Positions 27,169 through 36,788 of a stretch of 64,000 nucleotides of DNA are shown here, one piece after another (positions within the stretch are counted from its first letter, which is position 1; every line of letters starts with the position of its first letter). Below the pieces are notes generated by a model. It was not told the origin of the DNA, made no database searches, and saw nothing but the letters and a program-made list of their open reading frames with translations. The stretch is from positions 1 to 64,000 of the IMG/VR virus record IMGVR_UViG_3300005289_000052; one strand, written 5' to 3'. The position numbers were made by a program, and so were the translations under genes.

Positions 27169-30141
27169 ATGGCTAACCTGTCGTTAAGCGTTGAACCGGG
27201 GTACTACCTCGAAGCGCAACATGCCAATTGGGTACTCAGCTCTGAAGTTGACTTCATCAGCTTTGCACTCAACGGTGCACAACCTGCCCTGTCGAAGTAC
27301 ATCGCTTACGACACCCTGAATCCTGCTAACCCATTTATCGCCGTTACGGAAGACGGCACTGGGCGAGTGGTGTACGACGGTGGGTTTCCTAAGTTCTACA
27401 ACACCTTCGCTCCTGCGGCTGGACTTGATCCATTGTTCAGCCTAGAGTTCCGAGGGACCACCGCTGGTAACACGTCGGGTACGAACTTTTTCTACTACGA
27501 CATGTTCTGTGATACCAAGGTGACCATCGCAGCCGGTGACAAGCTGGTATACGACATCTGGACTAACGATGCTAACGCTCGTGTCGGTCTGGATGGCGTT
27601 ACCGCCAATGACCCAGCGACATTCCGTTACGCTTTGCGTGACTGGATCGATCAGACCAACCGTATCAAGGATCAGAACGGTTTGGGTTGTCACCCCGCTA
27701 CGGACCTTTCGGCTTACGCGTTGAACAAGTGGTATCACCGCGAGTTTGACCTCACTCTGTGTGCCGGTTACCGCTTCGATAAGTGGTCATTGGCTTACGA
27801 GGGTGAGAAGGCCGGTACGTTCTACACCCGGTTCAAAGAGGTGTACATCCTGGACAAGAACGGGAAGGTGAAAGCCACCCTGTTCAAGGACAAGATCCTG
27901 ATCGCCAACTCTGCAAACATTGAGGGTGGTGCATCGGGGTATACGAACATCTCCAAGACTATCTACGATCCACGTTCTCACCTGAACGCTGCTTTCAAGT
28001 ATCTGTTCAACGCCATCCGTTGGGTGTCGAAGACTTCGATGTTGGAGGCAGGGGTCAAGAAGATCCTGATCTTGGGTGACTCCTCTGGTGCGTCGAACTA
28101 CAAGGTCAAAGGTACGGCTTCCACTGACTTCTTTACCAGTTTGACCAACCTCTGTACGGCGGTTGGTTTTACTCCCACGTTTAAAGACGTGACGGACTAC
28201 GCTGGTGGGTTGTTGAATGCTACCTTGGCTGAGATGAACCAGTACGACTGTGTGTTGCTGATGGGCTCACAGAGCGGTACAGGTGCACTGATCACCACGT
28301 CGATGATTCAGGACATCCAGACCTACCGGCAACAAGGCGGTGGGATTATCATGATCACTGACCATGGTAACGATGTTCCCAACATCGGTGCTGCTTACCC
28401 ACCAAGTACGAGTACTGCGTTCTTCCACATGGTGAACGCCGTAGCAGTCAACTTCGGTGCATGGTTCTCGGGTAACTTCGACCGAGTACCAGTGAACGTT
28501 GGGTTCCTTCGCACCAACTACGGGGATCACCCTCTGTACGATGGCATGGAGAATACCGAGTCTATTGCTGCGGGCGGTTCTGAATCCAAGGTGATCATCA
28601 CCAACCCTCCACAGTATCGAGATCCTGTTCCTCCCATCGACATCTCTAAGCAAGGGGTGAATACGGTCAAGGTCATGGCTTTGTTGAAAAACGGCACCAT
28701 GGAGGCTTACAGCTTTGTCTATGTGATTGCCACTGGACAGTTGCTCAAGTTCCTTGATCCTGATGGCGTAGAGATCAACGCCCTGCCTGCCTCGTTCTCC
28801 TCTAAGGTGGACTTCAACGTTGAGGTAGTGGGTGCTGGTCTGGGTACGATTCAAGGGGACATCCAGCTCAACGGTAAAACGGTGGGTAAGTTGGCCTACA
28901 GTGATTCTGAGGGGAGTTCGCAAGCGTGGATGGCAGGTGGTTCTAACCAACTGTTCGTTAACAAAGGCGACGTCTTTACCGCTCGGATTACCAGTCCGTT
29001 CCAGTTCACGCGTAACTTGCCTGTCAATCGGTATCAGCCTAACCTCACGGGTTTGGTCACGGTGCCTGCGGTGGTGAAAGCCATGCGTGCTGATGGGTTC
29101 GGAACCACTGAGCACAACAAAGTGGTGAACGCTGGCATTCGTCAGATGAACTTGGAGTACTCGCATCTTCAATACTTGCCTAAGGGTGACTACGCACGGG
29201 ACATCATCCAGTTGCGTTCATTCTTTGGTAGCCAGTTGGAGAAGCCAGGACAACAGGTTTACATCTACCAGACGTTGGCTCAAGCCCAAGAAGCAATGGG
29301 GCGGTTGACTCCTCCTTCGGCTCGGGACGTGTTCAATACCTGGGACCGCTTCACCAACAACGAGTACTTCGTTGGCGGTGTGGGGGCTACGGGCGATGCC
29401 GCTGCTTGGCAGTGGAACGATGCGTTAGGTGCTGCGGTGCAACCGTTGAACACGGCAACGTGGAACGGCTTCATCTCTCCTGACGTGGTGGACAACTACG
29501 AACTGGATGTGGTGATCAAGTCGGACAACGCGGACGATGACTCCAACGGTCTGGTGTTGGCGTTGAATCGCGATGGTGGAATCAACCACCGTTTGATCGT
29601 AGCGTTGAACCAAGGGGGTAACTCTCCTGCGGCTTCTCACTCGATCGGGATCTACAGTGGCGCAACTACCCAACACCTGGTCTTGAATGACTTCGCTGGA
29701 CGTAAGTCCAACGCAGCGTTCCCAACTGATGGTGGATGGCGTGGGAAGTTCAGCCGTGTGAAAGTTACGCGGTCAGGCAACTACTTCAAAGTGTTGGCCA
29801 GTCAGTGGAACTCGCTTATCTTGGACCCTGCGTCCTTGATGGAATTGACACTGAACGACACCGCACTGCAAGCACAGTTCAAAGGGGCTAAGCCCTGGGG
29901 TTTCATCAACCTCTCGCAAGCACAGTCCTACTTCACCCTGCGCGGCTATAAAGGCGGTCCTCTGAAGGACGTAGTGGTGGTTGGTGCGACTGGCGCTGTG
30001 TATTACTACACCAACGGGGGTTGGGCTTTGATTCCCGGTACGACTGCTAAGGATGTCTTCGGATACCCTCGCAAGCTTACGAACCCAGAAACTGGTGCGT
30101 CGTTCATGGTTAACGCGAACGGCACGATCACCGCACTTTGA
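27169..30141 (+). CDS. Modular tail-associated/receptor-binding protein
   Basis: 990 aa; GATase-I-like segments (GRVVYDGG..FYN..NAIRW; YDCVLL..GGGIIMITDH..HPLY), CBM-like insert, lectin-like C-terminal domain; lies between two fibre genes. Confidence 0.65.
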   Translation: MANLSLSVEPGYYLEAQHANWVLSSEVDFISFALNGAQPALSKYIAYDTLNPANPFIAVTEDGTGRVVYDGGFPKFYNTFAPAAGLDPLFSLEFRGTTAGNTSGTNFFYYDMFCDTKVTIAAGDKLVYDIWTNDANARVGLDGVTANDPATFRYALRDWIDQTNRIKDQNGLGCHPATDLSAYALNKWYHREFDLTLCAGYRFDKWSLAYEGEKAGTFYTRFKEVYILDKNGKVKATLFKDKILIANSANIEGGASGYTNISKTIYDPRSHLNAAFKYLFNAIRWVSKTSMLEAGVKKILILGDSSGASNYKVKGTASTDFFTSLTNLCTAVGFTPTFKDVTDYAGGLLNATLAEMNQYDCVLLMGSQSGTGALITTSMIQDIQTYRQQGGGIIMITDHGNDVPNIGAAYPPSTSTAFFHMVNAVAVNFGAWFSGNFDRVPVNVGFLRTNYGDHPLYDGMENTESIAAGGSESKVIITNPPQYRDPVPPIDISKQGVNTVKVMALLKNGTMEAYSFVYVIATGQLLKFLDPDGVEINALPASFSSKVDFNVEVVGAGLGTIQGDIQLNGKTVGKLAYSDSEGSSQAWMAGGSNQLFVNKGDVFTARITSPFQFTRNLPVNRYQPNLTGLVTVPAVVKAMRADGFGTTEHNKVVNAGIRQMNLEYSHLQYLPKGDYARDIIQLRSFFGSQLEKPGQQVYIYQTLAQAQEAMGRLTPPSARDVFNTWDRFTNNEYFVGGVGATGDAAAWQWNDALGAAVQPLNTATWNGFISPDVVDNYELDVVIKSDNADDDSNGLVLALNRDGGINHRLIVALNQGGNSPAASHSIGIYSGATTQHLVLNDFAGRKSNAAFPTDGGWRGKFSRVKVTRSGNYFKVLASQWNSLILDPASLMELTLNDTALQAQFKGAKPWGFINLSQAQSYFTLRGYKGGPLKDVVVVGATGAVYYYTNGGWALIPGTTAKDVFGYPRKLTNPETGASFMVNANGTITAL

Positions 30142-30156
30142 TAAACAGGAAAGGTT

Positions 30157-31785
30157 ATGGGCACTATCATTGTTAAGTACCCGGAAGACCCGACGGGGAT
30201 CAACCCCAACAACCTGGTCATCAACGAGCCTCACGATCTTGGAGCAGGGCGCAATCGCGCCTTTGTTCCTAACTACGGTTCCTACTACACGGAGTCGATG
30301 ATCGTTACTGAGCTTGCGACCGGGCGGGTCCTCAAGAAGGGCGAGCACTACATCGCTGCACAGTTGCAACAAGAAGCCACGCTGGCGATGGACAAAGAGA
30401 TTTGTGCCGTTGTTGTCATCACTGACCCAAGCGTGCAAAACCAACTGCTGTTCACTTACCAAGTTGTTGGTGGTGTGTTCAGTACGTCGGTCTCTGCGTT
30501 GCAGAAAATGATCGAAGACCTCGATCTGGACGAACGGGCTGTTGAGTGGGGCGCCATCATTGGTAAGCCTACCGCATTCCCACCTGCTCCTCACCTTCAC
30601 GATATCGGCGACCTGTACGGTTTCGAATACCTCGTGGAAGCGTTGGATGCTCTGCGTAATGCTATCCTGATCGGCGACGAAGCCGCGCACGATGAATTGC
30701 GTCAGTACATCCAGTACGAGGATGGTCTCCTGCGTGCGTCGATTGCTGAGCTGAAAGGCCAGTTCGATGCTCACGCGCAGGACAAGAACAACCCGCACGG
30801 TACAACCAAAGCTCAGGTCGGACTCGGTTCGGTCGAGAACTACGGTATTGCTACCACCGCCGAGGCTCAGGCAGGCACTTCCAACGCGAAGTACATGACT
30901 CCTCTGCGTACTGCCGAAGCGATTGCTCAGCAAGCGTTGATTCCTCTGAACGCACACATTGCTGACAAGAACAACCCTCACCAAACCACCAAAGCCCAAG
31001 TTGGCTTAGGTAGTGTGGAGAACTACGGGGTTGCGACTACAGCAGAAGCACAAGCGGGTGTGAGTGACGTCAAGTACATGACGCCTTTGAAAACCAAAGA
31101 CGCCATTGCCCAACAAGCGCTCATCCCACTCAACGCTCACATCAACGATAAGAATAACCCCCACCAGACTACCAAAGCTCAGGTAGGGTTAGGCTCCGTT
31201 GAGAACTTTGCGTTGGCGACCACTGCGGAAGCCCAGGCGGGGACTTCGAACCTTAAGTACATGACACCTTTGCTCACTGCTCAGGCGATTGCACAGCAGG
31301 CTCTGATTCCCCTCAACAACCACATCGCGGATAAAAGCAACCCACACCAAACCACGAAGGCACAGGTTGGGTTGAGCGATGTAGACAACTTCGCAACGGC
31401 AACTACCGCAGAAGCTCAGGCTGGCGTTCTGAACACCAAGTTCATGACTCCCCTGCGGACCAAAGAAGCCATCGCCTTCCAAGTGGGTAACGCGCTGACT
31501 GCTCACTTGAACGACATGAACAACCCTCACAACACGACTAAAGCGCAAGTCGGTCTGAGTCTGATTCCTAACTCGATCACTCGTAGTCGGGCAACCAACT
31601 CTGACGGTTCGTTGCTTACTGCCGGGGGTATGTACGACCACGTCAACTCAGCAGACCACGATGCACGCTATGCACCGAAGAACACTGCGGGTGTAGATTG
31701 CTCTGTTCACTGGAACGGTAGTGGTGTGTACGTTTGGGGTGGTGGTGCTTGGCGTCAGGTATGGCCTGCTCAGTGGGCTGCGTAA
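30157..31785 (+). CDS. Tail-fibre-like protein 2 (phiKZ gp146-like)
   Basis: N-terminal YPEDPTG domain paralogous to 24638; 61-aa repeats; ends W.QVWP. Confidence 0.8.
   Translation: MGTIIVKYPEDPTGINPNNLVINEPHDLGAGRNRAFVPNYGSYYTESMIVTELATGRVLKKGEHYIAAQLQQEATLAMDKEICAVVVITDPSVQNQLLFTYQVVGGVFSTSVSALQKMIEDLDLDERAVEWGAIIGKPTAFPPAPHLHDIGDLYGFEYLVEALDALRNAILIGDEAAHDELRQYIQYEDGLLRASIAELKGQFDAHAQDKNNPHGTTKAQVGLGSVENYGIATTAEAQAGTSNAKYMTPLRTAEAIAQQALIPLNAHIADKNNPHQTTKAQVGLGSVENYGVATTAEAQAGVSDVKYMTPLKTKDAIAQQALIPLNAHINDKNNPHQTTKAQVGLGSVENFALATTAEAQAGTSNLKYMTPLLTAQAIAQQALIPLNNHIADKSNPHQTTKAQVGLSDVDNFATATTAEAQAGVLNTKFMTPLRTKEAIAFQVGNALTAHLNDMNNPHNTTKAQVGLSLIPNSITRSRATNSDGSLLTAGGMYDHVNSADHDARYAPKNTAGVDCSVHWNGSGVYVWGGGAWRQVWPAQWAA
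30772..31570 (+). repeat. 61-aa (183 bp) tandem repeats (4 full + 1 partial)
   Basis: H..DK.NPHQTTKAQVGLGSVEN..ATTAEAQAG....YMTPL.T..AIAQQALIPLN. Confidence 0.9.
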
Positions 31786-31838
31786 AAGTTTAGTGTAGAT
31801 GACAATGGTATAGATTTTCTATACGTGGGTGAAAAGAA

Positions 31839-32345
31839 ATGGGTAATGTGAGTGGCTCTTTATTTGGCTGTATCACAGAGTCTACCCTACAGGTAGACGA
31901 CATCCTTAGTAGTCCTTACCCCTATGAGCAACAGCTTGTAAAGATTCTCACAGGGGACATTGTCATTGACGCTATGAGTGTTTCAGATGTCTTGGAACAC
32001 TCAGACAAGGTCATCAAGATTGAAGGGATCGAGAAACTCAATCGATCCCTGTACCAAGCTTGCAAAGACCTAGCAGAGGTTATGGAACATGATGGGCCTA
32101 TTACTTGCCATCTGTTCCTGTCTCCTGCTGGGGGTAAGAGCTTTCCTTGGCACGATGATCCCGACGACGTGTACCTGTACATGGTCGAGGGTGCTAAAAC
32201 TATGGCTGTGGGCAACGAAGTCCATAAGCTGACCAAGTGGGACCATCTCTTCATTCCACGAGGCACGCAACATAGAGCTGTGAACTATCACGCCTCGAAG
32301 ATGCTAAGCTTTGGGTTGGAGCGATTCATTGCTGAGAAGCTCTGA
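31839..32345 (+). CDS. JmjC/cupin Fe(II)-2OG oxygenase (YcfD/ROX-like minimal domain)
   Basis: FPWHDDPDDVYL..EG.K and LFIPRGTQHRA give the HxD...H triad plus a 2OG-binding Lys. Confidence 0.85.
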   Translation: MGNVSGSLFGCITESTLQVDDILSSPYPYEQQLVKILTGDIVIDAMSVSDVLEHSDKVIKIEGIEKLNRSLYQACKDLAEVMEHDGPITCHLFLSPAGGKSFPWHDDPDDVYLYMVEGAKTMAVGNEVHKLTKWDHLFIPRGTQHRAVNYHASKMLSFGLERFIAEKL

Positions 32346-33379
32346 TGACCAAAACTATTTACGTCAAAACCACCGGTACCTGTAACCTTGCGTGCAAGCA
32401 TTGCTTCACCAACGGCAAGAACGGTGATCGTACCCAATTTGATCCAGTGCAGTTCGGTGACTGGATTGAAGAGTACATGTCCAAACACCCTAAAGGGACC
32501 GAGTACCACCTCGAGTTCCATGGTGGTGAACCCTTCCTTGTTCCACTCCCTAAGCTGATCCAGCTCGCGGATCGTTTTTATGACCGTGACGGGGTGTCGA
32601 TGTGCGCCAACAGCAACTTGACGTTTAAGTTGACTGAGGAACTCATCGCCTTTATTAAGCATTACTTCTACGGACACATTGGCACCAGTTGGGACCACTG
32701 GATTCGTTGGGGTAATCAAAAACAGTTTGACCTTTGGCGGTCGAACTTGAAAACCTTGCGTGAGCGTGATGTCTGCATCTATCTCAAGGTGTCGGTGAGT
32801 CGTGAGTTGATCAAGACCACACCGGACTGGTTCTTGGACCAGATCGAAAGCTTTGGGGTAACTGAGGTTTCGTTGGAGCGTCTAACGATGGACGGCAGTG
32901 CCAACGAGAACTTGGACATCTTCCCTAACAACGAGGAACAGGACAACTGGTACCTCGAGCTGTACAAGCGATACAAGCAACGCAAACTCAACTTCAAGAT
33001 CCGAACCCTCGACATCCTTGAGCAGAAGCTTAAGTACAACGTGGTGAAGGTGGACACCAACTGTCGCAACTGTGAACAGAATCTGGTGACCATCAACTCT
33101 AACGGGACTTTGGGTGGTTGTCCGAACGTGGCCTCTGCAAGACAGCATGCTCGTTTGGAAGAAGGGGCTGATGCGTTTCTCTCCTCGGATGCTCGGGTAG
33201 AAGAGATCGCTAAGGAATTGACTTGGGGTGATGGTTGCTTGAACTGTGACGTGTTCGACTTATGCGGTGGGGATTGCCATCGCTTGCCTTGGCAGAAGGG
33301 TCGCTGTGGTGGCCTTAAGAACACGCTGAGGTATTTGTCGGGCCGTTCCACACAATCCAATTTGATCCTGAAGGTGTGA
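32345..33379 (+). CDS. Radical SAM/SPASM protein 1
   Basis: CNLACKHC, FHGGEP; C-terminal CRNC, GGCPN, CLNCDVFDLCGGDC, C. Confidence 0.93.
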   Translation: MTKTIYVKTTGTCNLACKHCFTNGKNGDRTQFDPVQFGDWIEEYMSKHPKGTEYHLEFHGGEPFLVPLPKLIQLADRFYDRDGVSMCANSNLTFKLTEELIAFIKHYFYGHIGTSWDHWIRWGNQKQFDLWRSNLKTLRERDVCIYLKVSVSRELIKTTPDWFLDQIESFGVTEVSLERLTMDGSANENLDIFPNNEEQDNWYLELYKRYKQRKLNFKIRTLDILEQKLKYNVVKVDTNCRNCEQNLVTINSNGTLGGCPNVASARQHARLEEGADAFLSSDARVEEIAKELTWGDGCLNCDVFDLCGGDCHRLPWQKGRCGGLKNTLRYLSGRSTQSNLILKV

Positions 33380-33380
33380 A

Positions 33381-33935
33381 ATGACGGACATTACAAGACA
33401 GATGGTCGCTGACCAAGCGAACGCTGTGATTCGAGGGAACGCCAACGCCGGTATCTCGTGGGGGACGAACAGCTTCCCTGCTGGTGCCCTGGCTGGTTGG
33501 TTTGGTGGGTCGACTGCGGGTAACCCCGTAGCCCTCAGTGCTGGTAGCATTGCTGCTGGCAACCTTTCGGCATCGAACGTGTCAGCGGTACTGCGTAACT
33601 TCACCAACCAGTTTGCTGCGATTCGTCGTACGCGGATTGTGGTTTATTACGCTAAGAACTGGGGTGAGGATTACATCTACTCCGGTGTTGATGTGCGCGT
33701 GGACTCTACGGCTATTGCCTATACGGCGTATCCTGCTGGCAGTCCCGGTAACAACGCAGCACTCCCTGGCTTGGCGGCAGGGGCCACTGCCTCGTGGGGT
33801 AATATGGCGGCGTGTATCAACAACCTGTGGGCACAGTACAACGAGATGTGTCGTAACACCACGTTGACACTGACCAACACCATCTGTCACTCGAGCTGCC
33901 ACGACAACTGTCACTGCAACCGTGGGCGTCGTTAA
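33381..33935 (+). CDS. Putative substrate: small Ala/Gly/Asn-rich structural-like protein with a Cys/His-rich C-terminal tail
   Basis: Ends ICHSSCHDNCHCNRGRR; sits directly after rSAM 1. Confidence 0.65.
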   Translation: MTDITRQMVADQANAVIRGNANAGISWGTNSFPAGALAGWFGGSTAGNPVALSAGSIAAGNLSASNVSAVLRNFTNQFAAIRRTRIVVYYAKNWGEDYIYSGVDVRVDSTAIAYTAYPAGSPGNNAALPGLAAGATASWGNMAACINNLWAQYNEMCRNTTLTLTNTICHSSCHDNCHCNRGRR

Positions 33936-33945
33936 GGAGTCCTCA

Positions 33946-34692
33946 ATGTCTGAAGAAAAACCTCTGGTCCAAGTTGAGGTCACTGCTCCGATTCCTCTGG
34001 ACGTGCTCAAGCGCAAGTTCAAAGAGAACATCGAGTTCGTTATCGACTACGATGCGAGCAAGCTTAAGGGTAAGGTGTTGATCACCTACCTGAGCAACCT
34101 CAAGATCAAGTGTCGCCTGAAACTGACTGACCAGTCTGTTGCACTGGCGTTGGTGGAAGAGTACCTGAACATTCCGGTACTGGTCGATATGTCAGACCTT
34201 GAAGACTTGGCGATGGACATTCTGTTGGCCTACACAGGCAAGCCGAACCGCATCGCTGTGGACCTGTCTGACTTCTTCGTTCGTAACAAGGAAGCACTGG
34301 ACCGTTGGGTACGTCGTCTGTACTCCATTCCTCTGTACGCTTTGTGGTCGATGGAGCAGTACAAGTCCGAGGTAGAGAAATTCCCAGTGGACGAGGAAGA
34401 TACCATTGCTGGTGTCAACTTCGTGATGCTGATCGCTCACCCTGACTTTGCCGTCTTCATGGAAAACGTTCAAGAGGACCAATACACTTGGTGCCCAACG
34501 TTCTTCAAGGAGTACGTGTTCCAGGGTAGCAACCTCTTCAACTTCTTTGCTGACGAGCGCAACCCGTTCTTCGTGGGACTTCTGGCCATCCAGAGTCCTG
34601 AAATGTTTAACGAGATCGCACCGAAAGTCCAAAAGGCTTACGACGATTCCGTGGCCCTCATGAAAGGTATCGAGCATGTACCATCTCTTTAA
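33946..34692 (+). CDS. Hypothetical protein in the rSAM operon
   Basis: AGGAG RBS, start MSEEK, overlaps the next gene. Confidence 0.8.
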   Translation: MSEEKPLVQVEVTAPIPLDVLKRKFKENIEFVIDYDASKLKGKVLITYLSNLKIKCRLKLTDQSVALALVEEYLNIPVLVDMSDLEDLAMDILLAYTGKPNRIAVDLSDFFVRNKEALDRWVRRLYSIPLYALWSMEQYKSEVEKFPVDEEDTIAGVNFVMLIAHPDFAVFMENVQEDQYTWCPTFFKEYVFQGSNLFNFFADERNPFFVGLLAIQSPEMFNEIAPKVQKAYDDSVALMKGIEHVPSL

Positions 34693-35731
34693 CTCGGTGT
34701 ATGTAGACCTCGAGCGCCGCATCAACCGCACGGTCGACAACATCACCATCTCGCCGTACATTGGTCTGGAGTATTTCCCAGGCCAGAACGAAACTGCTGG
34801 TCGTCAGATCGGTTACGCCAAGACCATGGAATCGGTTGAACCCGAAGTCCTGATCGGCTGGTTCAAAGAAGCCATGCTGTCCAAAGAGAAGACCTTCATC
34901 TTCTGCGACGGCACCACCTACATGCGGTTGTACTCCATGTTGGTGAAAGCGGTACTGCCCAAGGTGGACCTCGAAACCTTCAAGTGGATCTGGCTCTGCA
35001 AGAAGGCAACCTTCAACACTTCGTTGACCAACTGGAAACAGCCTGGCAACAACGTGCTGGATGGTTTGGAGATCACCACCGAAACCGTCGAGATGATGTT
35101 CAACCTCGACGACCCTCATCAAGAGGCCTTCACTGCACTGCTCGCCGGTAACGACGATGTAGTCTCACTGGAGTGGCATATCCTGCGTCTGGCGGCTATC
35201 GGTTACGTGGGCATCGTTCCTAAGCGTCTGAAACACATCCTGCGTCGTATCGCTCTGGCGAACACTCATGATGCACTCGATGTTTGGGGTCGTGTGATCA
35301 CTGATCCTGAACACTGGGAATACGCTGGCGCTGACCGTGACACCCTGCTCGATGCTCCTAGTGTGTTCCAAGGTGCACTGAACCTTCACTTTACCAACAA
35401 CCCGATCTTCTTGAAGCCTGGGCTGTTCGTGAAGCATCCTCAAGATGCGTGGCTCTGCAACCTGCTGGAAGAACTGCACCCGTTGCTCGAGCGTGTAGGT
35501 GAGGGTCCAACTGCCAAGCGTACGTTGAAGATCCTGAGCTTCCTGCGAGACCTCAACCCGCTGTCCGATCCAGGTAAGTGTCTGGAACGCTGCCGTGACT
35601 TCTTTGTTGGTATTGATCGGCTGGCCATGCCAAACCGTGACTCCAGCAAGTACGACGAAAACCTGATCCGTTATATCCTCAGTCGTGACCAGGCAGATCT
35701 GGCACGCATGTTTGAAGGGGCAACTTGGTGA
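34676..35731 (+). CDS. Hypothetical protein in the rSAM operon
   Basis: 351 aa, overlaps both neighbours. Confidence 0.8.
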   Translation: MYHLFNSVYVDLERRINRTVDNITISPYIGLEYFPGQNETAGRQIGYAKTMESVEPEVLIGWFKEAMLSKEKTFIFCDGTTYMRLYSMLVKAVLPKVDLETFKWIWLCKKATFNTSLTNWKQPGNNVLDGLEITTETVEMMFNLDDPHQEAFTALLAGNDDVVSLEWHILRLAAIGYVGIVPKRLKHILRRIALANTHDALDVWGRVITDPEHWEYAGADRDTLLDAPSVFQGALNLHFTNNPIFLKPGLFVKHPQDAWLCNLLEELHPLLERVGEGPTAKRTLKILSFLRDLNPLSDPGKCLERCRDFFVGIDRLAMPNRDSSKYDENLIRYILSRDQADLARMFEGATW

Positions 35732-36735
35732 ATTTAATCCCGGTGGTAGACGTACTAGCGGACAAGAAAGGCGCAACGAAAGAAGCACACCTGATCTTGT
35801 TCGAGAAGTGTAACCTGCGTTGTTCGTTCTGCCACCAGGACCACGATTCAACCGTAGGTTTGGATGCGGATGAGATCATGCGTAAAGGGATCAGGCTCGT
35901 TGAGTCCTCAGACCTTGAAGCACCGATCGTTATCAACATCACTGGCGGCGAGTTGTTTACCGACGACATCGAAGACTGGATGTTTGGGTACTACCTGTCC
36001 TTGGGTGAGTACCTGCTGCAAAACTTCAAACGCGCTAAGATTGTCTACGGGACGAACTTGGTGTACGAGAAGGTATGGCGTGTCGAGCGACTGATGACCA
36101 TGTTGAGCGCTCATAGCTCTCCTAGTCAAGGGGTTAGCTTGTCGACGTCATACGACCCCGCAGGCCGGTTCAATCCAGCACAGCGGGAATTGTTCTTCAA
36201 GAACTTGGAACGGGTTGGCCTTTGGGTTGACACGGTAAACGTGGTAATCACTAAACAGAACATCGACGTCTTCCTGAACGACCGTGAGGGCGTTGAGGTG
36301 AAAGATCTGGCGTACGACTACGATCTGTATTTTGATCATTACATACCAAGCGAAAGATATGAAGAGCACCAACCTACTGAGTCACAGATCCGTCAACTCT
36401 ATTTGAAGCTGGCGAAGAAGTATCCTCTCTCGTATCCCATTGCCTCCTGGAAAAACCAGCAGTTCAATGAGACGACTTGTCGTTCCACCAAGATCATCAA
36501 CAAAGATGGTGTGGTGACTACGTGCTGGTCGGAAGCGGGGAAGGATGCGATCCTTGACGAAGGTGAAGGGTTGGTTGCTAAACAATCGGCGGAAGAACGG
36601 TTTATCGAACATTACGGGTGTTTGTCGTGTGAGTATTACCAACGCTGCGGTTTGCGTTGTTTCCTCCACCACAGCTTTATCGAAGGCTCTTCCACAGAGT
36701 GTGAGATCAAGCTCCTGTTCGACGAAATCTTGTAG
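35725..36735 (+). CDS. Radical SAM protein 2 (twitch/SPASM-like C-terminus)
   Basis: CNLRCSFC, ITGGELF, TTCRS, TTCW, CLSCEYYQRCGLRC, EC. Confidence 0.92.
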   Translation: MVNLIPVVDVLADKKGATKEAHLILFEKCNLRCSFCHQDHDSTVGLDADEIMRKGIRLVESSDLEAPIVINITGGELFTDDIEDWMFGYYLSLGEYLLQNFKRAKIVYGTNLVYEKVWRVERLMTMLSAHSSPSQGVSLSTSYDPAGRFNPAQRELFFKNLERVGLWVDTVNVVITKQNIDVFLNDREGVEVKDLAYDYDLYFDHYIPSERYEEHQPTESQIRQLYLKLAKKYPLSYPIASWKNQQFNETTCRSTKIINKDGVVTTCWSEAGKDAILDEGEGLVAKQSAEERFIEHYGCLSCEYYQRCGLRCFLHHSFIEGSSTECEIKLLFDEIL

Positions 36736-36741
36736 CCCAGG

Positions 36742-36774
36742 GCCGGTGGATAAAACCACCGGCTTTGTGCCGTC
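36742..36774 (+). terminator. Intra-operon hairpin followed by variant motif TTTGTGCCGTC
   Basis: GCCGGTGG-ATAAAA-CCACCGGC-TTTGTGCCGTC. Confidence 0.6.
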
Positions 36775-36788
36775 ACTAAGGGGTTAGT

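Noticed and set aside
30772-31570. Regularly spaced repeats resembling a CRISPR array or DGR template
   Set aside because: In-frame protein repeats with synonymous divergence; no unique spacers, cas genes or reverse transcriptase
31786-31851. In-frame 21-codon continuation after the fibre stop (KFSVDDNGIDFLYVGEKKWVM) as possible readthrough
   Set aside because: TAA is a poor readthrough codon; the stretch is AT-rich, holds a GTATAG/CTATAC palindrome and is better explained as the operon promoter region
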